The position numbers were made by a program, and so were the translations under genes. From contig OZ024743.1 of the NCBI GenBank assembly GCA_964016885.1, positions 166,036,001-166,100,000 on the forward strand: DNA of 64,000 nucleotides, read 5' to 3'. Position 1 is the first letter of the stretch, and every line of letters begins with the position of its first letter. Below the pieces are notes generated by a model. The model ran no database searches. It was not told the DNA's origin and saw only the letters and a program-made list of their open reading frames with translations. Shown in pieces: positions 1 through 11,811 of the stretch. This stretch comes from Eledone cirrhosa (taxonomy: Eukaryota).

Positions 1-610
1 CCGATGTCCGAACGTGTGGGGTTGATCAGTCTAACCGACGGTTTGTTAAGGAAATTTCCCTTGTGGTCTTTCAGGGTAAAGTGCGGGGTCTTCACCTTTA
101 AAAGTTCAGTTCGGTCATCTAATTTAAGGGCCTTTGCTATCTCTTTTTCAGCTAAATTGGTCTCAATCAATGCCATCTCGTCCACCTTTGTGTAAGTGGT
201 CGTGATTGTATTTTTTGACAGATTCTAATAGGTCGCTAAGTCCACCTCATATACGTTTTTGGTTTTATGAGAGGGGACATTGAGACTGGGGGGAACTTTT
301 CATTTTCCGCATTTCGTCTTTTAAATAGGCCTGGAATGGTGTGTTGGCTCTACGAAAATGTGTCTCTGATCACTTTGAAGAGGTCTTCCTTAAATGGTTC
401 AAGTAGGCTGTTGGTAGGCGGTGCCTTATTCGTTTTGAAACCGAACTTCTCATCATTGGTAGATGCTACATCAGAGTGATCGAAGGCTCTTCATCTAATA
501 CGTTTAATTAACTCGTCTGTACGTCTGATGAGTGTTTTTAACTATTGTTTCCTTGGGGGTATCGGGATATTCTTCATGGAGATATCGATATCGAGTTTGG
601 TCAGCATGGT
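1..610 (-). pseudogene. Penelope-like element (PLE) reverse transcriptase N-terminal fragment, decayed, runs off the window start
   Basis: Minus-strand translation gives KNIPIPPRKQ*LKTLIRRTDELIKRIR and TPHFTLKDHKGNFLNKPSVRLINPTRSDI, matching the LKDHKxxFxxxPxxRLINP motif typical of invertebrate PLE RTs; stops present. Confidence 0.7.
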
Positions 611-790
611 TTCTTGGTGATGGTTAAGAAGGGCACACTAATGTGCTAAAAGATATGTTTATCCTGGGTTCAATCGGAGGTAACCACAGTAAGTAAGGTA
701 CTCAATACATAGCAGAGCATAAATATTTAATATAAAAATGGCTCTGCTAAAAGATGGTAAGGTCTGCAAAAATGGTCAGGTGTCTACAAT

Positions 791-850
<60 letters not shown>
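791..850. repeat. (CA)n(TA)n microsatellite
   Basis: Direct reading. Confidence 0.95.
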
Positions 851-851
<1 letters not shown>

Positions 852-1179
852 GTTGATCTCCGAATTTCAGAAAGCAACTACGTAGCAGGATAACGGGATG
901 ATTGCGCCGTATAACATTGCGTCGCAAAGGCTTGTAAGTTCCACCTTATAGGAGAAACTTTACTTCGACCTGTTAGTGAAGACGTACTTTCGACTGAAAT
1001 GCATAAACAGCCTGACACGATTATCAAGACATTTCCACTTTTTTTTTGTGTGAAATGAATTTATAGCTGCTTGATGAACTCTATAGATGAACGCACCCAC
1101 AGGGATATGGTCTGAACGTGGACGAGCCGAATTCCCACTGTCATCGCCTCCATCTCTCTTGCCCTCCCCATCTCTCTGT

Positions 1180-4100
1180 ATGGTGAGCAAATGGACACCA
1201 GAAGTCTCCACTGCCAAGGGCACGATCACAAACCTGTCGGAGAGCGACCGGTACTTGGAGAGTTTGGCCTCCTCAGCTCGATGTACAGAAGAATTTGGGT
1301 TTGTCGCAGACTGCACCAGGTTGCGGCTGGAGACAGTGTCGGTTCAAGTGGCATCCCAGACGAGTGATTTGCCACCGCGGAACGGGAAGATGGTCATACC
1401 GTCTGACCTTTTGCCATCCCCTCGGTCCAGCCCCACCGGCTCGAACTGGGAGGGGAACCCTGCAGCATCTAAGCCATGCTTTATGACCTCGTTGAGGGCA
1501 GTATGGCGTGGAAGGCGGCCGGCACTGTGACGACAGGAAAGCGGGTGGAGGCCGAAAGAGTCCACGGTGGATCCACAGCGACATTTATGTGGATCGCAGA
1601 TCCGGAAGCAAAGACTCAGGGAAACGCCCATTCTCAGGCTATCGTTATCCACCTGCGTGCCAGTGGAGAAGGAGGGCAAGGCATGGAGCCAGGCACTACT
1701 GTGAGGTTTGGATCCCGCGCAAAAACAGGCAGGGCGGTGCTGGTCGAGCTGGCGCGTGAGCCTGTCTGAGGCCAGGCTGCACTGGATGGCATCCCAAATA
1801 CTTTGGGGGAATTGACGTCAGCAGAAGGAGAAGGAGGAGGGACGTCTACTGGTCTAAGTCCCTCCCAGTCGGTCCCACGTCTCACAAACGGCCTCACGTT
1901 TCCCAATCACAGAGGGTTCCATTGTGTTTTGGAGAACCATGCTGACGAGGACGCGACATGAGGTTACCGACGAAAGAAACGCCAGCAAAGCCAGCGATAT
2001 CGGGGACCGGAGGCCAAAGCCACCAAATCTGACAGGTAAAGTGGCCTGTTGCCATCCAATGCCGTTAAACCTGACGTTGCATATCTCCTCGGTTGCCGCT
2101 CGGATACAAGTATCGAGATCAGCGAGGGGAGGTACGTGGATGAAGCACGGAGCGCTGCGAAGGGTGTAGAGGAGCTTCGACATGGCGAAGTAGTTCCTCA
2201 ACAGGAAGAGGGATGGGTGGCCGTCAATCAAGCCCAGTCGGCTCATGAGGGCCTTGAGTTGCTGGAACCTGGACCTGGTGGTGGAGTGGATGGCCTGCGG
2301 GTGGATCGGTAACCCGAAGATGAGGACATCTTCTTTGGGGCTCACTTCACCGGGTGGAGAATGGACCGCACGTCCAAGCCGGAGGCTGCAAAGCTCTCAG
2401 CATCGTGGTTGATATTCACCACCTCCGACTTGGACTAATTAACCTGGAAGCCGATTCTCGCCAGGGCAGGAACCACCGATTGTAGGTCATGGCACACAGT
2501 CTCTACGAGCCGTCCCAACGTAACTTCATTCAAGTACCAAACATGGAGAGGGGCCATGATACTCCGGGCAATGTGGCCTATGTCAAGGGCAAACAGGAAG
2601 GGGCCCAAAATGTCACCCTGCTAGACCCCAGTGACCGAAGGTATGACCGTATCAACAGCAGGGAGCATGCTCGTGGCTCCATATGACAGGTAGGCCAATG
2701 GGTAGGCAGAGGGAGCTCGGCTGAGGTAGGCATCGAGCAGTTAAAGGCATTCCTCATGTCAAGATTGACAATGAGGTGCAGGAGTCCCTGGTTGCCAGTT
2801 CCGATGGGCAGCTGTTGAAGAACTGCCTGGCTGCATGTGCGCCCCCCTCACAGCCACCGGACACGCCGACACCCAGTTGCACCGGACTGAGCTCCTCACC
2901 CAGTTCAGGTGTGATGGACCTGCTGACCACCTTAGCAGTCAGCCTCCGGAAGACATTGCTCACAGCGATGGGGCTATGCCACCCTCTTTCTCCCTGAGAG
3001 CGTTCGGGCTAGCCGAAAAAAAAGAAGCATCGGGCGTGAGGTTCTAGGGGGCCATGGATGAGCCTATTGGTGAGGGCCACAATTGCACTCAGAAGGCGGC
3101 GCCAGACTCAGGTCGGAAACCTTCAGCACCTCCGCTGCTGCTAGCTAGGAAGGACTTGATGGCAGACATGATGTCTGCGTCGGAAGTCACAAGGAGCAAG
3201 TGGCGATCGGGTGGAGGTATGAGTCTGAGGTCAGCGGGTGGCTCAGGGTGCTTGAGTCGCAGGGCAATCAGGGATCCTCGGTGAGTTGGGAGACAGTGTC
3301 TTCTGAGACAACCACTCTGACTGCGGCTGAGAGATCACCCATGATTAGTTTAGCGTTTACGCGATCACGTAAATGCTTGGCGCTGGCCAGGGGTGGAGGA
3401 TTAAAGACACCCGAGAGCAGGGGGTGTGACGTCCTTCGGCACGCTTGAGATGGGCGCTTGCCCAATGGTCGTAAAATTGGCCTTGACAAAAGCTGCTGTC
3501 GACAGGCCGCCTCGGTCAGCGCCAGAGTTGGGGAGGCCGAGGGCGAGTGGGGCGAAAAGATGCGCTCACAGTCGCTGGCTCAATTGAGGAAGCGAGGGCA
3601 TCGGCTACCGGTACATGGGCCGATCTCTGGATCTTGAGCGCAACCTTCCGGAGCAGCCTGAGCCGAGCGATGTTGACCAGCGAGGCTTGGGCATCAGACA
3701 AACTCACTGTCTCATCTGGTGGTGTGTCAGACGGCCCTGGCTGGGCAGACGAGGGGAAGAGACGGTTGCTGTATATCCACGCTGCGAGGGCACTGGAGGC
3801 TTGATGCGTCAAGCCAACACAAGTAAGGTTGTGGAAGCAGCCACATCCGGAACAGTTCCGGCCCCTCTTCCGCCTGTTCGTTGTGCTGCAAGTGCTGCAG
3901 GTGTCGACTGGTGGGGCTGGAGGATCGGGCATGGAGCCGGGGACGGGGCACCAAGCGGTATCAAGGGCGAGTGGTTGGTTGTCATCGGTCTGGGTGCTGG
4001 GCTCAACTGTATGTGGGTGGAAGGGAAAGTGCTAGTATGAGTGAGGCCTCGTATCTCACCTACACCAGACCTGGAGGCAACAGAAGACAAGATAGAAAAG

Positions 4101-4290
4101 AAAAGGGGGGTGCATGGAGGGGGATACACGAGAAAGTAGAAAATTAGCAAATAAATGAATGAATGAATGAACAAATAGAAAACCGGGGGTTGTTCCCAGC
4201 GGAAAGACCCAGAGTTCAGCACGCACACATGCGGGCATGTTAGCAGTTTCTCATCGAACCATGTGGCTAAAGATGAGTCTATCAATCCTG
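1180..4290 (-). mobile_element. CRE-clade-like non-LTR retrotransposon (RT + restriction-like endonuclease), frameshifted
   Basis: Fragments NVFRRLTAKV, QLGVGVSGGCEGGAHAAR, WQQATLPVRFGGFGLR, CxC..HPLSC and RHTALNEVIK..EPVGLDRGDGKRSDGMTIFPF..LVWDAT..VPLAVETSG lie in order across broken ORFs. Confidence 0.8.
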
Positions 4291-4296
4291 AAAACA

Positions 4297-4700
4297 TGTT
4301 GTTGTTGCTGATGTTGTTGTTATTGTCACTGATGTTGGAGTTGGCTTCCTCTTGTTAGTGATTGCTGGTATGATGTTGGTGTATACATATATATGTTGTT
4401 GTTGTTATTGTCACTGCTGTTGTCGATGCCTTCCTCTTGTTAATGGTAGTGGTAGTTGATATCGATGCCTATTTCGGCTGCCAGGCTGGCTGCTGGAGCT
4501 CGAGTGCCTTCTTTCACCGACAATGCGGGGTCGTTGTTATTGTCCCTGTTGCTGTCATTGCCTTCCATTGTTAATGGTAGTGATAATTGTTAATGCTACC
4601 TATTTCGGCTGTTAAGCTGGCTGCTGAATCCACTTCTGTGAGTGAAGCTCCTAAGGCCTTCTTTGGTCGAAGATACGGGGACATTGGCTTTCGGCATTTT
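4297..4700. repeat. Low-complexity (TGT)-rich region with internal direct repeats (TTATTGTCACTG.., CCTATTTCGGCTG); possibly a decayed Asn-rich LINE ORF1 5' end on the minus strand
   Basis: Repeats are visible directly; the ORF1 origin is a guess by analogy with the Tx1 ORF1 N-terminus. Confidence 0.35.
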
Positions 4701-4952
4701 GGAATTTGGTGAAATTCTAATAAATTTTACACAACTTATTTCTTCTCAGAAACGACTTGCCCCATACATTATAATTTGTATCATTTCGTAGCACAACGAT
4801 ATATAAATATTCTCTTTTTTTTTCTTCTCTCTTTCTAAACCGATTCAAATAATTATTTGGCAGTGAATTGATGGTTTTGTTTTGTTTCCTTATATTTTTT
4901 ATCTTTCTCTCGCTCTTCTATTTGTGAGTTTCCTATCAATGGTTAATAGTAT

Positions 4953-5139
4953 GGTCGGTGGATTGGCAGTATCGGTAGAGGGTCGGACGTCATGCTTTGA
5001 CGCATAGAGTTACGGCCCTTGCCATTCTGAGTTCAAATCCCGCCAAGGTTAACTTTGCCTTTCATCCTTACGGGGTCGATAAAATAAAGTACCAGTAATG
5101 TACTGGGTAATTGCTGGCCTTGTGCTAATAGTAGAAACA
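4953..5139 (+). mobile_element. tRNA-derived SINE, family A
   Basis: A-box-like TGGCAGTATCGG, B-box GAGTTCAAATCC, core TTTGCCTTTCATCCTTACGGGGTCGATAAAATAAAGTACCAG; at least 6 copies or fragments in the window. Confidence 0.85.
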
Positions 5140-5675
5140 ATTATTTGTGGTTATATTTCCATTCTAGGATGTATGCATCATAACAGCACATTCTGCTTTC
5201 CAGCATCTCGTAATAAACTGAATTAATGCCGCGAATGTTTGAAACGAAAGAATATTTGACTATTGAGTATTCAGATAATCCAAGCGTAAAATCATCAATG
5301 TAGAGTAAACAAATCTTAAATAGAGCTTGGAGCAGATGTTACGTTAAGAGAACATTCGGACAGAATAGATTTGGATAGAATATGTTAGAACTGATGAAGC
5401 AACGTGGTAAATGTTTAAGATAAACATTCATTATAAACTAACCTTAATCTTTTTAAATCAAGAGGATTGGTATCTGATGTAAGCAAATTTCCTTAATCGA
5501 CGTCAAGTTCAACATTTTTTTTTTGGGGGGGGGGGGACTTCGCGTGTTAAGTTACGTATGGCGAACTATTTTGTTCAATAATTCGCGACTAGTACAACAG
5601 ATCTGCATGTTATACTAGTTGCATTGAGCTAAAATATCTGAAAATTAGTATACTTGCTCCAATTAATATTATAAT

Positions 5676-5860
5676 TGTTTCTACTTTAGGCACAAGGTCA
5701 GCAATTACCCAGTGCATTACTGGTACTTTATTTTATCGACCCCGTAAGGATGAAAGGCAAAGTCAACCTCGGCGGGATTTGAACTCAGATCGTAAAGGGA
5801 CATAACTATGCTGGAAAGCATGGCGTCCGACCCTCTACCGATACTGCCAATCCACCGCCC
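5676..5860 (-). mobile_element. SINE family A with 15-bp TSD
   Basis: Reverse complement of the 4953 copy; AATTAATATTATAAT at both 5661-5675 and 5861-5875. Confidence 0.9.
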
Positions 5861-5927
5861 AATTAATATTATAATATTGGTATACTATATAGATCTCTCT
5901 CTCTCTCTCTCTCTCTTTCTTTATATA

Positions 5928-6742
<815 letters not shown>

Positions 6743-6776
6743 AGAGAGAGAGTATACTAATATTATAATATTAATT

Positions 6777-6884
6777 GGGCGGTGGATTGGCAGTATCGGT
6801 AGAGGGTCGGACGCCATGCTTTCCAGCATAGTTATGTCCCTTTACGATCTGAGTTCAAATCCCGACGAGGTTGACTTTGCCTTT
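6777..6884 (+). mobile_element. SINE family A, 3'-truncated; part of an inverted duplication of ~5755-5925
   Basis: Near-identical reverse complement of the 5676-5860 copy including its flank (TATACTAATATTATAATATTAATT). Confidence 0.85.
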
Positions 6885-7012
6885 ATCAGTAGCTATCCCC
6901 GATATATATATATATTTGTGTGGGTAGCAACACGTGTTAGTGTGTGTTGCTGGTGGCTCTAGCAGGGCCCCAAGAAAACACGTCTACACAGTTCGGGGAT
7001 AGCTACTGATAA
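6883..7012. repeat. 130-bp segment bounded by a perfect 20-bp inverted repeat (MITE-like)
   Basis: TTATCAGTAGCTATCCCCGA (6883-6902) / TCGGGGATAGCTACTGATAA (6993-7012). Confidence 0.7.
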
Positions 7013-7086
7013 TTTCTCGACGGCCACCGACGTCAAACATCCATAATCTCCAGAGTTATGAATTTTCCTTACAAGTTAACGAATTA

Positions 7087-7199
7087 TTTATTTACTGATC
7101 TGAAGTCCTCCCATGTCTTTGGCCGATTTTACTGTCTCTGCTGCGATTTTTTGTGCCTGCGTGTACCGCAAGTGCAAGAAAGAGGACTAGTTTCCAAGC
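7087..7199 (-). mobile_element. RTE-like LINE, inverted 5' segment (part left of the Gypsy insertion)
   Basis: Reverse complement matches ~44628-44762 of the other copy of this family. Confidence 0.8.
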
Positions 7200-7469
7200 T
7201 GTGGTTAGAAAAAGCTATCTCACTTACCGCTTTTCATAGGCGCCGCTAAATCCCAAGGCTGGTTTCTCCTCTTCCACGTGCGTCCAACTCATTAACACCG
7301 GGAGCTGCCAAAACTCGCGTCCACACCGTTCCTGGTCACCACTAGAGCGAGGCCGATCTGCTGGCCCTACCGGTCGAGCACCCTTCCGGCCAAGCAGCCT
7401 TCCAGTCAAGCACTCTTCCGGTCGAGCACTCCCAAGCTTCCGGCCACCGCACGCCACACCATACTCACA
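7200..7469 (-). repeat. 3' LTR (270 bp)
   Basis: About 8 substitutions versus 11031-11300 by eye. Confidence 0.93.
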
Positions 7470-7482
7470 CGCCCCCCTGATC

Positions 7483-10226
7483 TCAAGGATCAATTTCCCC
7501 TTCGTCCTTCTGCATATGAAAGTCTGCTGTCCAGGTTGGTGGTTTGCGACTTCTTTGCGATCTCCGCAGTGTTGGGGCGGCACTTTGGGTTTCCTCTTCC
7601 TCGGAGTCCGTTGACACAGTGATTCTACGGACATCCAGGACATGACGTGGTACTCCGTCCACGGACACATTGTTCTGGGAATTTACGGCCGTCATCGTTC
7701 CCCTTCCCCATTGAGATGTGCAACGTGCATCTGGGGGCTTAACCCAGACTTCTTCGCCCACCTGCACGAATGCACTCTCTCTCCCCACTGGCCGTGGTGG
7801 TGGCGTGCACGGGTGCCGACACTCGTATCTGAATACTGCTCTGTGTGGCACCGATTCCTCGACCTGTCCCAAGGGACATGTTGTACCAGACCACTGCATC
7901 CATTGGTGAGATATGGCCCCGCTCCGCCATTGCCTTCATCGCTCCACAATTCCATTCCCGCTTGGCCTGTGCGATGCTCTGAAGAAACGGTCCACCTTCC
8001 ATCCATCGAGCATCTCCCTCAGCGCCTCCGAGCGGAACGCTGCGCTGTTGTCCATCAGCAGTTCGTCCACAGGGCCCCGCTCCAAGAACACCTCTCTCAA
8101 CGTCCGCATGATTTCCTCGGCCGTTCCAGTCTTCATCTCCCTCCATATCGCCATCCGTCCTGGTCCACAGTCGACCATCGAGAGGTACGTTCCCTGTCGG
8201 TAGTGCGTTACATCCACCGCCAATCGCTTCCAGTCGCGATCCACCGGGAGGCTTCCCGTTTCGTGCACACCCGGGGCGAGATCAATGGACTGACATCGGA
8301 CGCAGCCTCTAACCACCCTTTGAACACTGTGTCTGTTAACGTTCGAGTCGATTCTCCTGGCTAGGAACAGGCTCCTATCCACTCCCATGTGGTGCATGTC
8401 ATGCAACCCTTTCAGATCCGACTCGGTCAGCCGACACACCTCCTCCGGCGCTTCCATCCAGGCTTTCTTCATCCTAGTTAAGACGTGCACCCTATTTTTC
8501 TCAGATGGCAGGAAAACTACGCTCAGCCTCAGGTCGAACTCGGTGGCCAGCTCTCCTAAAGTTCCCAGGCGGCGCTTTATCAGCATCTCCGCCGCCCCTC
8601 TCGTTCGCACTGTCTTCTCACTGGTGGGCACTGATCTCACCCATCGGAGTACAGTAGCCGAGTCGGTGCGTATCTCGATGGTGCGCAGTCCCCACCTCAG
8701 AGCGAGGTTCACCCCTCTCAACACTGAGTCCAGTTCGGCCACCTTGATGTGGTTGCAGTCGTCCTTCTTCCTAAGCCAGGCTACATCCTCGACCTCAACA
8801 CCTCCTATCTCCAACGTGACACCCAGCGCTATGCTGTTGGCATCGCACCATACGGTCCCGCTCTGCGATTTGGGAACGTACCAGCGTCCCCGCACTGGGT
8901 CGTCGGCCTTCACCCTCCCCACGATCTCCTGCATCATGGCCACCGTCCTCTCTCCCACTCTGTCACTCCAAGTCACCCCTCCCGCTCGTCTCTTGACATA
9001 GCTGCATGCCGTCCGGAGCCACCCAGCAATCGGGTAGTGACCCACCAACTTTCCACACACCGAGAAAAGCTCCCGCCTACTCATGCTTGGAACTTCATTT
9101 CCCCTCTGGAATACCAAGACGCCCGTCCTGTCTCGCCGTAGCCTAAGTCCCAGCGAGGCTCCTCCCGCCAACGCTTCTGACGGCTTCGCAGCCAGTCCTT
9201 ACCCCTGTAAATGGCTTGTGACCTCCGCCGCCGACACCACAGACTCGTCCACTAGGATGTCGTCAATGTAGGAGTTAGTGGCCCTCTTCATCTTGTCGGC
9301 CTTTCCCAGAATGGTCTTGAGGACCGCCGCTATGATCTTCGGTGCGGAGCTCAGCCCGAAACCGAGCCTGGTCAGGCAATATGTCCGGCCCTTATACCTG
9401 ACCAGCTGATACTGCCAGAGCTTCTCATCTATATGCAATTGCAACTATGCCGACTTTAGATCTACGATTGCTGCCCCCCTCCCCCCCCCCCGTCATGCTT
9501 CTCCACTCACGCAGGGTTTCTCCACAGACATCCGTGACCTCGCCACCCGTGTGGCATGACACGTGCTCGTTCAGCTCCCGAAAGTCCAGCACCGGCCTCA
9601 CCTTGTTCTTCGTGGGTTGCGCCACCGCCATTAACGGCAATACTCCGCACTTCACCTCCTCTTTCCAGGGAAGCAGTATGCCCTCCTCAATCCATCTCTC
9701 TACCTCTCGCTCGAACTCGCTCCTAATGTTTCCCTTCAATGTGTGTTGATAGCAGCACACTTTGGTCTTGAGTGTTGGTGGTTCTCCCTTCCAGTACCAC
9801 TCAACAAACCATCGCTGCCCATCGAACACGGCCTTGAAGTTTTTGTCCTGCACAGTGTAAGCGGGGTATTTCTCCTCGTGGGCCTTCTGGTTCTCCTGTC
9901 GCGTACTCACAGCGCATACCGATGCAGCGTCGCTAGACGACACACCGACGTTGTTCACTGTGACGCCTCCTAGACGGCCAATTGCGTCCATGCCCATAAC
10001 CACGCCGATCCCATCCACCACGTTGTCAACTACGATGGCAGAAAGCCTTATTTTCCTTCCCCGTACCGCCATCTCCACCTCGCCATTCAATTTTCCTGCC
10101 GTCGACTGCCCTTACGCTGCTCTTCCCTCTCCACCTCTGCGCCACCCCCGCGGTCACCAGTGTCGTCGTACAGCCCATGTCCACGCGGGCTCGCTGTGGC
10201 TTTCCCCTCACGAAGACTTCCACCAC
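7483..10226 (-). pseudogene. Gypsy pol (protease, RT, RNase H, integrase), broken into several frames
   Basis: ARVDMGC (protease), RPVLDFRELN, LGFGLSSAP, YIDDIL, WCDAN..AELDS..TDS (RNase H), HHMG..CVRC, AVDV..MDN..GNGIVER (integrase). Confidence 0.88.
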
Positions 10227-10254
10227 GGACAGTGCCTCTACTCGTAAGGGGCAA

Positions 10255-10892
10255 CTACCGGCGCAGTAGTTCCCCTTGGATCGTTTCCCTGGTCACAGTA
10301 GCGATGTGGCCTGGTCGCTTACACCGGTAGCATATTATTTCCGGCCTTGACTCCCTTTCACCATTTCGCTGCCAGCTGTCTTGAGCCTCTGTAGTTGCTA
10401 TCACCGCGACACTCTTCTTGGCATCTTCTGCTATGATCCGGGCTTGTTCCACCAGTGAACGCATTTCCATTCTTTGTAACCCGGGACTTGCTGCAGTTTC
10501 ACCGCTATGTCGTCTGGAAATCCATTTATGAACGCCAACCGCACCGTGCGTTCGCATTCCACCTGATATCCAGCCAACATGGCCAATCGCCGTATTTCCG
10601 CTGCGAAAATGTCCACGCGTTCACCGTTCCATCTAATTCTTGTCAGCTTAGCAAAAGCGGCTAACGGTCCCTCTGCGAACGCTTCCATCATGCGCCTCTC
10701 AATCTTTTGCGCATCTCTTTGGCTGTGTGCATCCAACTCAAGGAAGAGTACTAACGCGTCCCCCTCTGAGAACGCTTCCATCTTCTATCTTCTGTAAGCT
10801 TGCGACCAGCCGGACTTTTCGCAGCCAAGCGACAACATTGCCTTCACCGGTAAATGCCCTAATCGCTTCACTCATTCGTAGTCTCGTCGCCA
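10255..10892 (-). pseudogene. Gypsy gag with CCHC-type knuckle, frameshifted
   Basis: GERVDIFAAEIRRLA..AFINGFP; CYRCKRPGHIA. Confidence 0.75.
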
Positions 10893-11030
10893 TATCCTAA
10901 TTTGTCTTGCGGTACGTGATTTAAAAAAAACAACAGACTCCTCTCTGTTTTTCCAGTAGCTTTGTTTTCGAGAAAGTTTGTTTTGTTTTTTTTTCCCAAT
11001 CAGATCTTAGTTTCCAGTGTCGAAATAGCT

Positions 11031-11300
11031 TGTGGTTAGAAAAAGCTATCTCACTTACCGCTTTTCATCGGCGCCGCTAAATCCCAAGGCTGGTTTCTCC
11101 TCTTCCACGTGCGTCCAACTCATTAACACCGGGAGCTGCCAAAACTCGCGTCCACACCGTTCCTGGTCATCACTAGAGCGAGGCCGATCTGCTGGCCCTT
11201 CCGGTCGAGCACCCTTCCGGCCAAGCACCCTTCCGATCAAGCACTCTTCCGGTCGAGCACTCCCCAGCTTCCGGCCACCGCACGCCACACCATACCCACA
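11031..11300 (-). repeat. 5' LTR (270 bp)
   Basis: Direct repeat of 7200-7469. Confidence 0.93.
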
Positions 11301-11811
11301 CAAGCCATGCTTTGTGAGTCGCTTTCTTTGCTCGGATGGCATATTTGATCTCTTGATTGAACTAAGGGGTCCTACTGCCATCCGACACCACACGGAACTA
11401 TTTCGCCCGCAGCATTTAATAGCTGAAGCAGAAACTGCTGCGTTGAACAATCTCCACTCTGTCTCAACATCCTCTGTTTGCTTAGGGAATTCTCTGAATT
11501 TGGATACAATAGTATCTGCATACCTGGTCCTGACCTCCCTATCCAATACCGCTTCCCATCTTATCCTATTGGTCGCCATGGAGCTGCCAATTTTATGGGA
11601 TCTTTGGCTTTAGATAGTCTCAAGTTGCAGATAACTAGATGGTGATCAGTTGACAGCTCAGCCCCTCTCTTAACACAAACATCCGGCACAGAATCCAAGA
11701 GGTCAGAGACAATAACAATATCAAATATTGATCCCTGTCCCCGATTCCCCTTATACTATGCATATTTATAGATGTCTCTGTGCTGGAAGAAGGTGTTCAT
11801 AATAGAGAGTC
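11301..11811 (-). mobile_element. RTE-like LINE, inverted 5' segment (endonuclease C-terminal part)
   Basis: SIMNTFFQHRDIYKY, ELSTDHHLV, RIRWEAVLDREVRTRYADTI match ~44118-44630. Confidence 0.85.

Larger units (their letters stand above)
7200..11300 (-). mobile_element. Ty3/Gypsy-like LTR retrotransposon, 4.1 kb, both LTRs, frameshifted ORFs
   Basis: LTRs 7200-7469 and 11031-11300 (TG..CA), TSD CAAGC at 7195-7199 and 11301-11305, G-rich PPT next to the 3' LTR; domain order gag-PR-RT-RH-IN. Confidence 0.93.

Noticed and set aside
4953-5050. tRNA gene
   Set aside because: A/B boxes belong to a multi-copy SINE head; no proper cloverleaf.
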